A stretch of DNA of 10,104 nt from Candidatus Firestoneibacteriota bacterium (GTDB lineage: Bacteria > Oederibacteriota > D2-FULL-39-29 > JBBTED01), in assembly GCA_038042445.1 (NCBI GenBank), contig JBBTED010000178.1:1-10104 (forward strand), read 5' to 3'. The position numbers and the translations under genes are program-made. A model generated the notes under the pieces. It was not told the origin of the DNA, ran no database searches, and worked only from the letters and a program-made list of their open reading frames with translations. This document shows positions 1 through 8,083 of this stretch, in pieces (position 1 is the first letter of the stretch; each line of letters opens with the position of its first letter).

Positions 1-871
1 AAATAATTGGTGCAGCCGAAGTGTCGACAGGAGCAGCCAGCAGAGAAATACCTGCAGCAAGGGCATAGCCAACACCATAAATTCCCAAAGCAGAAACACC
101 AACCATAGAATTAAGAAAATATTTATCAGTGGTCCATATAAGCATCCATCCAAAAGAATGAGGCAATAAAGGTAAACCAAATTTTAAAATATCTTTTATA
201 TATTTGATATTTATCGTAGGATTTAACTTGTCATACTTATAAATCATGTAAACCGCTATAAAGCAGAAAATAATCTCAGTTATCCCCACACCAATCATTC
301 TGCCTTTCCAACTTCTGAGAAAAACACTAATCAGCAAAATAGACAGACCAAATTCGGTCAATGCTTGTAAAATCCTAAAGATCCCATTATTCCGTGGATG
401 TTGCTGGTAAATCCATAATTTAACCCTTATGTTAGAAGTTGCTGCTGCCCATACAATAATGGGAATCAAAAACAACCAGAATATACCAATTCCTTCTATA
501 CCGGGAATAAAATTCTTAAAAATTACCAGCACCAATAAAGCCACTACTAGCAAAGCAAAATTTACTATCAATGCATTATACATATAACATTGAAAATCAA
601 ATCCCTCTTTGTCTCTATCATAATATGCCCTACCCACAGCACCCGGCGTAGCCATCGAAATAACAGGATTAGCATTTGTTCGAATTGCATTAAAGGTTGC
701 AATTATACCGTAGTCAAACGTGGATAATAATCGTGTCAAAATAGGCATTAGGAAAAAAGGAATTGCCGTTTCTGCAATATTTGTGAACGTATAAATACGG
801 ATTGATTTGAGGATGTATTTTCTTCGTTTGACCTTAGAAATGATTTTTTTCAACAACACCATTTGATTCAT
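1..871 (-). CDS. wzx: Wzx-type oligosaccharide/O-antigen flippase (MOP superfamily), 3' end truncated by the window edge
   Basis: Not in the ORF track because it has no stop in the window. Manual translation from ATG at 871 (in-frame alternative ATG at 862) gives MNQMVLLKKIISKVKRRKYILKSIRIYTFTNIAETAIPFFLMPILTRLLSTFDYGIIATF. The P-x-L-T-R-x-L-x-x-x-D-Y-G motif is typical of Wzx N-termini. The same frame at the window edge reads KDILKFGLPLLPHSFGWMLIWTTDKYFLNSMVGVSALGIYGVGY, matching the mid-protein F-G-x-P...D-K-x-x-L...G-x-Y flippase signature. The sequence is very hydrophobic. Confidence 0.9.
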   Translation of the reverse strand, partial: MNQMVLLKKIISKVKRRKYILKSIRIYTFTNIAETAIPFFLMPILTRLLSTFDYGIIATFNAIRTNANPVISMATPGAVGRAYYDRDKEGFDFQCYMYNALIVNFALLVVALLVLVIFKNFIPGIEGIGIFWLFLIPIIVWAAATSNIRVKLWIYQQHPRNNGIFRILQALTEFGLSILLISVFLRSWKGRMIGVGITEIIFCFIAVYMIYKYDKLNPTINIKYIKDILKFGLPLLPHSFGWMLIWTTDKYFLNSMVGVSALGIYGVGYALAAGISLLAAPVDTSAAPII

Positions 872-974
872 TCACTCACTAGGGCAATCTTATTGTCCAA
901 TATAAATATTTTAAATAACACATAAAATTGGAATGCTTTCTCTTTCGATGACCTAATATAGAAAAGTACTTTTA

Positions 975-2363
975 TTAACTTTGGCGAAACCCTCTAAAGC
1001 TAATGTCTTTTTGCAAATATAACTTTTTAGTTTGATCAATTTCTGTATGTAGTTTTTTTTGATAATAGCTTGTGATCAATTTAGTATTCGCCTCAAGTAA
1101 GCACAAATGAAATTCTTCATCACTTAATTCAGTAAAATTAACACTTAACAAATCTGAATTAATATGTTTATTTTCATAGAAATCTTCACAATCTCGAAGT
1201 AATCCGTCCTGAATTGCTTTATAGTAGAGAGGAGAGCCAGGATAAGGCGTTACCGGGCGAATGGTGCGCATCTGTGCACCATCGTCATATTTCAATAAGA
1301 ATTCTACACCTTTTTCTAGCGTTTCTCTATTATCACTTACATTACCAAATATCACATTAAAACCTACGGGCACTCCGGCTTTTATCGTCTCTTCAATACC
1401 TTGAATAATTTGCTTTACTGTTAAAGCCTTATTCATATTTCTTAACACTCGATCATCCAACGCCTCAATTCCATAAGAGATCCACACACACCCTGCCCGT
1501 TTCATTAATCTTAGAACCTCTGGTTTGGCATAATTTAATCTCCCAGCACATCCCCATTTAATATCCAACTTCGCTTTTATAAAAGCTTCGCATAAGTTAA
1601 TAGTTCTTTTCACAGATGACATTAAAAGTTCGTCTGAAAATAGTATGCATGTTATGCCATAATTTTTTTTTAACATCCTTACTTCTTCTATAATTGATTC
1701 ACTGCTACGTGGCCTAAAACCTGTATCCATTCGATAGCAAAAATTACATTCAAAAGTACACCCCCTACCAGACAAAACAGGCATTACAAAATCGGTCTTT
1801 GTTGCATTGGGCATTCTGAATAATCTATAATAATCAATTGGAAATAATTCATACGCCGGAAACTGTATTTTATCAATGTCCCTGATCAAAGGACGCCTTT
1901 CATTAACAACTACTTTTCCCCCATCAAGATAAGCAATTCCTTTAACCGTTGCCAGCGATTCATGGTTTGACCATGTTTCTATTAACTCAATTATTGTATC
2001 TTCACCTTCGCCTATTACAACTGCATCTGCTTGTGTTTTTTTGAGAAAATATTCTGGCTCTGGAGAGGGCCCATGTCCTCCAATGATATAAAACGGCCTG
2101 TTTTTAGATTTATTTATAGCATCAGAAATTTTCAGCAACTTTCTATACTGATAATATCCTCCAATCACGCTAACACCGATAACATCATACTTATACTTTC
2201 CTAAATATTCAGTTAGGTGCGCATCTGGAAAATGGAACTTATCTTGATTATATATTTCTACTTTATAACCTTTTTTTTGAAGAACGGAAGCCAAATATGC
2301 AAGCCCTTGCGGGAACCAATGCATATACATACCACTGTCATAAGCTACCAATAAAATTTTCAT
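975..2363 (-). CDS. Cobalamin (B12)-binding radical SAM protein (class B methyltransferase-like architecture)
   Basis: N-terminal B12-binding domain motifs are PQGLAYLASVL, DVIGVS, IIGGHGPS and VVIGEGE. The radical SAM motif is SGRGCTFECNFC (CxxxCxxC), followed by FSDELL, AGCVWISYGIE and TPYPGSPLY. The ORF track starts at a TTG at 2369, but the ATG at 2363 (MKILLV) is the more likely start. Confidence 0.92.
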   Translation of the reverse strand: MKILLVAYDSGMYMHWFPQGLAYLASVLQKKGYKVEIYNQDKFHFPDAHLTEYLGKYKYDVIGVSVIGGYYQYRKLLKISDAINKSKNRPFYIIGGHGPSPEPEYFLKKTQADAVVIGEGEDTIIELIETWSNHESLATVKGIAYLDGGKVVVNERRPLIRDIDKIQFPAYELFPIDYYRLFRMPNATKTDFVMPVLSGRGCTFECNFCYRMDTGFRPRSSESIIEEVRMLKKNYGITCILFSDELLMSSVKRTINLCEAFIKAKLDIKWGCAGRLNYAKPEVLRLMKRAGCVWISYGIEALDDRVLRNMNKALTVKQIIQGIEETIKAGVPVGFNVIFGNVSDNRETLEKGVEFLLKYDDGAQMRTIRPVTPYPGSPLYYKAIQDGLLRDCEDFYENKHINSDLLSVNFTELSDEEFHLCLLEANTKLITSYYQKKLHTEIDQTKKLYLQKDISFRGFRQS

Positions 2364-2555
2364 ACTCAACTATTGAGAAAAATATCCTATCGAAACAAGT
2401 GGATGTTAAACAACCTGCCAAGCAACCATTTTATTTATCTATAATAATTTTCGATTTGAAAAATTATGCCGTGTCTCAGAATAAAATTTTTTACCATCCT
2501 CTTCGTAAAAATCCCTCCTATTTTTCTTCCTCCTCATATTCTCATGACTTAATTA

Positions 2556-4565
2556 TTATTTATGTTCCACCATATGTAATACCTTATTGTGCCTCATATC
2601 AATCACCCTCTCTTCGCCCCATAAATCAACAAAGCATTTATTTGCATACCGGATCGCCTCATTTCTATTTTTCCCCTTATCGAAACTCTCAAGCAGCCAT
2701 CTTATATATGCTCCAACCCTTTCCCCACTTTGTCCATCACGAAATGGATCTATTCTATCAATATAAGAAGACCAATTCCCAAGTTCCGGCTCATTATCAG
2801 GATTATCTTTATATCTTTTTAATGCCGCTATCAACCTATCAATATTGTCAAAAATTATTTTTTCATATCCCCACCTATAATAAGAATGGTGTGAATATTT
2901 TGTTATATCACAGTGTATCCCTCTGCCTCCAACAATCACAGACTCAATGACGGCAGTAGAAACCCCGAATCCTACAGCCATATCAGTACCCACAGAAGCC
3001 TCTGCAGGAAAACAACCTAACGCATCTTTTAACCTTATAAAACGGTTCGTACTTTCTGCTTTCTCAATTAAGCCATTTGTTTCAGATAATCGATCAAAAT
3101 ATTTAGGCTTCTTTTCTTTTATAATAATAACAATTTCTTCATCCTCAAAGAGCCATTCTAAAAATTTACTATAAAAAATATTCATCATCTTTTTACTATA
3201 GAATATATCTTTGGAATAAACACTATCAAACAAAGATACGACGAATTTTTCTCTACCAATTAGCTGCTTATATTGAGGATTTTTCTTTATTGATTTAATT
3301 GTAAATACCTTATCGTAAGGATATCCAGAAATAATGAGATTTTTAACCGTTTTACCGGTCCTTGTATGTTCCTTTGCCTCTTCACCCCATACAAAACTTA
3401 TGTCATTTGCACAATATCTTAAAAAAGGATTAATTTTCGCTGAGTGAGTCGATCTTTGAGCGCCAATAGATACCCCACCAAGAAGTTCAAGAGCAATACC
3501 TTGTGCAAATCTTTCCTGCTCACCAGGATCCATTGTAAATAAAATCTTAATATTTGAGCTTTTGAAGATATTAAACCATAGTTCTACCTCTAGAAATAAA
3601 GTATTAGCACACATTTTTATCCATTTATCTACAGCATTATCTATCTTTATATCTAATTTTGGCACCTTCCAGGAATTTTTATCAAGAAAATATTTTCTCA
3701 TATTCTTAAAAATAGAAATTAAATGTATTTTTCGAAAAAAAATACATCTCATACGCATATCTTTTATAAACTTCAGCTTTATTTCTGAATTCTGATTAGT
3801 TTTATTTTTACAGTAAAAAAACACCCTTTGTGGTTCAATCCCACTTTTGGGGTACCAAAAAAGGGCAGAACGTTTATTTAAATCAATCTCTTCAGTGTCA
3901 GTATAACTAAGACTTATACAAGACTTAAACCCTTGATGATTATTTGTATCTGTTGTAAATAGCGCAAGGAATAGTTTTGATTTCACAATATTTTTAATAA
4001 ATTTTTTAGCAGATATAAAAAGGGCAAATTTATCATTATAATAGCCTAATGATATAGGTTCATAAGGCCAGACAGATTCAATTTCTGGAAGTAATGGGGT
4101 GTATAAACAATAAAGAATATTCTTCGCAGTTTGATTATTATTTGATTCGTTCCAAAATATAATAAAAAGCAACCGAACAATTGGATATATCTCATTACTT
4201 ATCTCTTTTTGAAGATATGTATCAAACCTTTCTTCCGGTATAAATTTAATAATTTCTCTGTATATGAACCGTTTTTTTAACTTTTTAGAAATCTTAAGCG
4301 CCATTTCGGGTAAATCAACTCTAAGCATCATTCCAATTGATTCGTTCCCTATTTCCATATCGCCTAATGAATACGTTATCTTTTCAAGTTCTATAGGAAT
4401 AATATTTAATAATTTAATAACTTGAATAATTTTATATGCAAGAAAAGAGGCCTTTAAAAAACGAATACATGCCCCTTTATTTTGATAAGTAATTTTACAA
4501 ATCTTAGGCAAAGAAATAATAGATAAAGAATCTACCCATAATGTTATCGGCAAAGTTCTCTTCAT
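2556..4565 (-). CDS. Uncharacterised 669-aa surface-carbohydrate biosynthesis protein, putative GT-B-fold transferase
   Basis: Long ORF co-oriented with the cluster. The C-terminal half has motifs seen in GT-B-fold capsule/glycan proteins: DISFVWGE, IISGYPYD, IIIKEKK, DMAVGFGVSTAVIESVIVG and DPFRDGQSGERV. The CDS call is solid; the function is inferred. Confidence 0.6.
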   Translation of the reverse strand: MKRTLPITLWVDSLSIISLPKICKITYQNKGACIRFLKASFLAYKIIQVIKLLNIIPIELEKITYSLGDMEIGNESIGMMLRVDLPEMALKISKKLKKRFIYREIIKFIPEERFDTYLQKEISNEIYPIVRLLFIIFWNESNNNQTAKNILYCLYTPLLPEIESVWPYEPISLGYYNDKFALFISAKKFIKNIVKSKLFLALFTTDTNNHQGFKSCISLSYTDTEEIDLNKRSALFWYPKSGIEPQRVFFYCKNKTNQNSEIKLKFIKDMRMRCIFFRKIHLISIFKNMRKYFLDKNSWKVPKLDIKIDNAVDKWIKMCANTLFLEVELWFNIFKSSNIKILFTMDPGEQERFAQGIALELLGGVSIGAQRSTHSAKINPFLRYCANDISFVWGEEAKEHTRTGKTVKNLIISGYPYDKVFTIKSIKKNPQYKQLIGREKFVVSLFDSVYSKDIFYSKKMMNIFYSKFLEWLFEDEEIVIIIKEKKPKYFDRLSETNGLIEKAESTNRFIRLKDALGCFPAEASVGTDMAVGFGVSTAVIESVIVGGRGIHCDITKYSHHSYYRWGYEKIIFDNIDRLIAALKRYKDNPDNEPELGNWSSYIDRIDPFRDGQSGERVGAYIRWLLESFDKGKNRNEAIRYANKCFVDLWGEERVIDMRHNKVLHMVEHK

Positions 4566-4875
4566 TCTTATCGTATAAGTCTCATCAGTTTATTAACAAA
4601 TTTACAGAATGAATACGATTTTAGTAGGTATAGTTCGCGTTTTTTGGAGAGTTAATGGGGAAAAAACACTTTAGCTTCAAAAAAGCTATTAAAGGGTGTT
4701 ATGAGAAAGTAGTTACAAAACAGGAGAGCCTATATTTTTAAATGATTACCTAGCCCGTTCAGTAATATATTAATAATTTACTTTGAACATGCATTTTTTA
4801 TAATCAATCTATGTCTATTTAAAAGCCATTACTTAAAAGCAGCTAAAATTTTTTGCAAGAAAAGACTTCATACTG

Positions 4876-5886
4876 TTAAGAACAGTCTGAAATATGCGAA
4901 TTATCTTTACTTTTAATCCCTTCTTTATCAGCCAAACAATAATTGTGACATTGGTTACACACTAACATTGTATCTCTTTTATTATTAATATGTATTTCTC
5001 TGAACTGCATCATCTGATCTGACAGCCAAATATCTTCAACAGTTTGAGATTTAATATCCCCTAAGTTAAAATGATTATTATAATCCATACAACAAGTGGT
5101 AACGCTTCCATCCCAGAAAATTGACAAACGTTGCATAAGGTAACCACAAGGTAGCATTTTATAATTGACATGCAAATCTTTGTAAGATTCTACATCCTCA
5201 CGAAAATCAAAAACTTTGTTTGCTGATATTATATTAGCCAAGGGGAATTTCCCCTTGAGATAATTTTCTGTTTTGCATATTGAATCCTCTGCATCCTCCA
5301 TAATAGCCGCTTGCATTCTTACCCATGGTCGAGATAATCCCAACTCGGCTTTCCTTTGAAGGAATTTATTGATGGCATCCTCTAAGCTGAGATAATTTGA
5401 AACCTTGTATTTTTCCACATAACTATTAAGATGACGTTGATCAAATGAAAAAATTATACCATCAAGACCAGAAGCAAAAATTTCTTGAATACGTTCATTG
5501 TCGAGTAACGTACCGTTTGTTGTTATCTGTACATCCATAATCCCAGCATCCTTTGCATAACGAATACAATCAAATAGCCTTGGATGCAAAAACGACTCAC
5601 CGCGAATTTGTAATTTAATGGCACAAAGCCCCTTATTTACACCTTCATCAATTATTTTTGTGTACAAATCCATATCCATAAAACCGAGAGGTTTTGTAAT
5701 AAGGCCGTTTTGGAAACAAAAGTCACATTTCAAGTTGCACACACCGGCAAGTTCAATATCCAAATGCAAAGGGAAATCAGTCAGTATTTCATAATTACCA
5801 ACTCTAAGCCACAATTGCCTGTAGTACCTGAACCTTTCGTCTTTGTTAAGTCTTTTAATTGTAGAATATGAATTTATTATCTTCAT
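4876..5886 (-). CDS. Radical SAM protein with C-terminal Twitch/SPASM-type iron-sulfur domain (enzyme B)
   Basis: PLHLDIELAGVCNLKCDFC (CxxxCxxC), RGESFLHP and ITTNGTLL. The C-terminus has C-x17-CC...LGDIKSQTVEDIW...CNQC. Confidence 0.92.
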   Translation of the reverse strand: MKIINSYSTIKRLNKDERFRYYRQLWLRVGNYEILTDFPLHLDIELAGVCNLKCDFCFQNGLITKPLGFMDMDLYTKIIDEGVNKGLCAIKLQIRGESFLHPRLFDCIRYAKDAGIMDVQITTNGTLLDNERIQEIFASGLDGIIFSFDQRHLNSYVEKYKVSNYLSLEDAINKFLQRKAELGLSRPWVRMQAAIMEDAEDSICKTENYLKGKFPLANIISANKVFDFREDVESYKDLHVNYKMLPCGYLMQRLSIFWDGSVTTCCMDYNNHFNLGDIKSQTVEDIWLSDQMMQFREIHINNKRDTMLVCNQCHNYCLADKEGIKSKDNSHISDCS

Positions 5887-5911
5887 GAATCGATTAATAC
5901 ATAACTTTAAG

Positions 5912-6550
5912 TCATGTCCTTTTTACTAACAAAAACATTGTGTCGATTTCATCACTATCTAAATACTTATATTTTTTTTCTTTTACTATTTGCAAATCGG
6001 GACAAAATTTTAGGTATTCCTTACTGTAATCACCTTTCCACAATAATTCATCTTTCCCCCTATAATTAATCTCTTTGAACTTTTTATTATAATACTCCAA
6101 TCCACACACATAATGTTTTGTACAACGACATATTTCCTTCATAACTACTTTTAAATATTCTGGTGCTATGTGTATTAGTACAGTAGACGTAAAAATCATA
6201 TCAAATGCTCCATCTTTAAAGGGCAGATGGAAAGCAGAAGCTTGTAATAATGGAATGTCAGATCCAAAGGTTTTTGATTTCTTGATAGGATAAAATTGGA
6301 GTTCAATTCCAAAAAGATTTTTAAATCCTATTTTGCGAAGTGCGACCAACTGGTTACCCATATTTGCCCCTACCTCTAAAATCCGTATGTTACGATCCAT
6401 GCCCCCAATAAACTCTTTATTAAGTTCTGTCCTAGTAACTCCATACCGCTTCCTGTACAATTCATCTAGCTCATCAGCCGTCATTACATTTCTGTCAGTA
6501 TAGTTTCTACCAAAATCAGAAGCCCAAATTTCTTCTTGTATATTTTTCAT
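5912..6550 (-). CDS. Class I SAM-dependent methyltransferase, pseudaminic acid biosynthesis-associated methylase type
   Basis: N-terminal QEEIWASDFGRNYTDRN, SAM motif I ILEVGANMGNQL, FDMIFTSTVLIHIAPE, and EYY...INYRGKDELLWKGDYS. These are motifs I recognise from the Pse-associated methylase family (TIGR03587-like). Confidence 0.85.
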   Translation of the reverse strand: MKNIQEEIWASDFGRNYTDRNVMTADELDELYRKRYGVTRTELNKEFIGGMDRNIRILEVGANMGNQLVALRKIGFKNLFGIELQFYPIKKSKTFGSDIPLLQASAFHLPFKDGAFDMIFTSTVLIHIAPEYLKVVMKEICRCTKHYVCGLEYYNKKFKEINYRGKDELLWKGDYSKEYLKFCPDLQIVKEKKYKYLDSDEIDTMFLLVKRT

Positions 6551-7009
6551 TCTTTTAATTTTATTCCATTCTAAATTTATATCACTCTTTGATGTATCTG
6601 CACATTTCTGTGTTTGGCTAGTTATTCAAGTCTGTTTCACTTCACTATTTAAATGTATTTAATGAAAACAAACTGCGGCTATATCCCTTATTTAATGAAA
6701 GAAATGGGCAAAATAATTAAAAATCTTAACACTATAAATACCAAATTTCCAATTCTTAGGGCATTGATTAGTTCAGAGCAATGAACTCTAAAGCTAGTAA
6801 AGCCTCAAAATTTTTTTGTTACCCAGTTTTTAACAAAGTAATTTTTATTAGTTATTATGTAGTCCAAAATCGAAACGTTTTGCAAGCTCGATGTTGGTTT
6901 TATGTAGAAATAGATGCCCATAGACTATCATCTAATGATAGGTTAACATGCCATTCTCCAACCGATAATGAAAGTTATTTCGGAAAAGGTGATAAATATA
7001 TTACACTAC

Positions 7010-8083
7010 TTACTCTCCAATAACCTGTTTTCTTTTTTTATAATTTTTAACAACAATTTCCCTGCCATCAATAATTACCCTTTCCCTATCTTCAGTAGCT
7101 CTCGGCAAATAACATTTCCTGCAAATAGGAATTTCAATAAAACCATTTCTTTTTTTATGTAATTCTCTTATTTTATTAAGTTTTTCACCATGCCATATTT
7201 CATGGATGCTCTCTCTATTTGAGTCTCCAATGATCTCTAGGTTCTCCTCATCATTTGAACACATCATCACTAGCCCATCAACCCCAATAACAAGCCGCTG
7301 ATAGTGCTGTGGGCATATAAAGCTTTCTTCATAGACAATTTCAATATCTTTGCCCAAATAATCTATAAGCGGATTAAAGGCTATCAAATCTACATAGGGT
7401 TTAAATGTATTGTAATAATCTTCGGGATTATCACGGATAGCAGGCCAGACCGTTTGTATTTTAATCACTGGTTTATGCCTTTTGCGTATGTTTTTTATCC
7501 TTTTAATATCAATTATCTTTCGCAGGGTATCGCTAAATTTTAAAGGTTTTCTTATACTTTCATAAACATCCCCCAATCCATCTACCGATATTGTTATCCA
7601 GTCAGTTCCCGACTCCATGATCTTTCCAAAAAACTCCTCACTTAATTTACTACCGTTTGTTAAAAAAGAAACCTCTCTTATTCCATTATCTTTTGCAAAT
7701 TTAATACACTCTATAAAATTAGGGTGGAGCATAGGCTCCCCGCGAAGACTCAACCTAAGCGCAGGAACCTTACCACCAATCTCATCAATTATCTTTTTAA
7801 AAAACTCAAAGTCCATGAGTTTAACATTCACTTTTTTCTTAAACTCATCTGTTATCGTATAACACATTGGACATTTCAGATTACACATTGTCGAAAGTTC
7901 CACATCAACTAATAAAGGGTATTCTGAAACTATCTGATTTCTAGCATTTTCTACCCACTGTTTCCTATATGTTTGGTACCCACCTTCCCAACCCTCGCCT
8001 CTATATTTTTCAAATAACCTTTCTCTTTCAGGAGTATCTATAGAATAATTGCCTTTATTGATAGGTATTTGTTGCTTCTGCAT
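7010..8083 (-). CDS. Radical SAM protein with C-terminal Twitch/SPASM-type iron-sulfur domain (enzyme A)
   Basis: PLLVDVELSTMCNLKCPMC (CxxxCxxC), RGEPMLHP, FLTNGSKL and ITISVDG. The C-terminus has C-x17-C...IGDSNRESIHEIW...CRKC. The start overlaps the upstream SDR gene by 29 nt. Confidence 0.92.
   Translation of the reverse strand: MQKQQIPINKGNYSIDTPERERLFEKYRGEGWEGGYQTYRKQWVENARNQIVSEYPLLVDVELSTMCNLKCPMCYTITDEFKKKVNVKLMDFEFFKKIIDEIGGKVPALRLSLRGEPMLHPNFIECIKFAKDNGIREVSFLTNGSKLSEEFFGKIMESGTDWITISVDGLGDVYESIRKPLKFSDTLRKIIDIKRIKNIRKRHKPVIKIQTVWPAIRDNPEDYYNTFKPYVDLIAFNPLIDYLGKDIEIVYEESFICPQHYQRLVIGVDGLVMMCSNDEENLEIIGDSNRESIHEIWHGEKLNKIRELHKKRNGFIEIPICRKCYLPRATEDRERVIIDGREIVVKNYKKRKQVIGE

Noticed and set aside
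2297..2950. 217-aa plus-strand ORF
   Set aside because: Antisense to two well-supported minus-strand genes, with no recognisable motifs; shadow ORF.
2947..3795. Plus-strand ORFs 2947-3174 and 3562-3795
   Set aside because: Fully antisense to the 669-aa CDS, rich in S/F/I as expected for antisense frames.
4672..4688. Short inverted repeat TAGCTT-N5-AAGCTA in the 4566-4875 gap
   Set aside because: A 6-bp mostly AT stem without a convincing U-tract; too weak to call a terminator or operator.
6656..6700. Direct repeat TATTTAATGAAA at 6656-6667 and 6689-6700
   Set aside because: Only two copies of a nearly all-AT 12-mer in AT-rich DNA; not a CRISPR or iteron array and plausible by chance.
6781..7912. 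Small plus-strand ORFs (6781-7023, 6968-7162, 7304-7543, 7617-7862, 7724-7912)
   Set aside because: Four are wholly or mostly antisense to rSAM A. 6781-7023 lies mostly in the gap but is short, opposite to the locus orientation and has no motifs.
4876..8083. Interpretation of the rSAM/SPASM-like genes as RiPP peptide maturases or anaerobic sulfatase maturases
   Set aside because: Only a single-cluster Twitch-type cysteine set is present, there is no RRE/PqqD domain, convincing precursor peptide or sulfatase, and the context is sugar biosynthesis.
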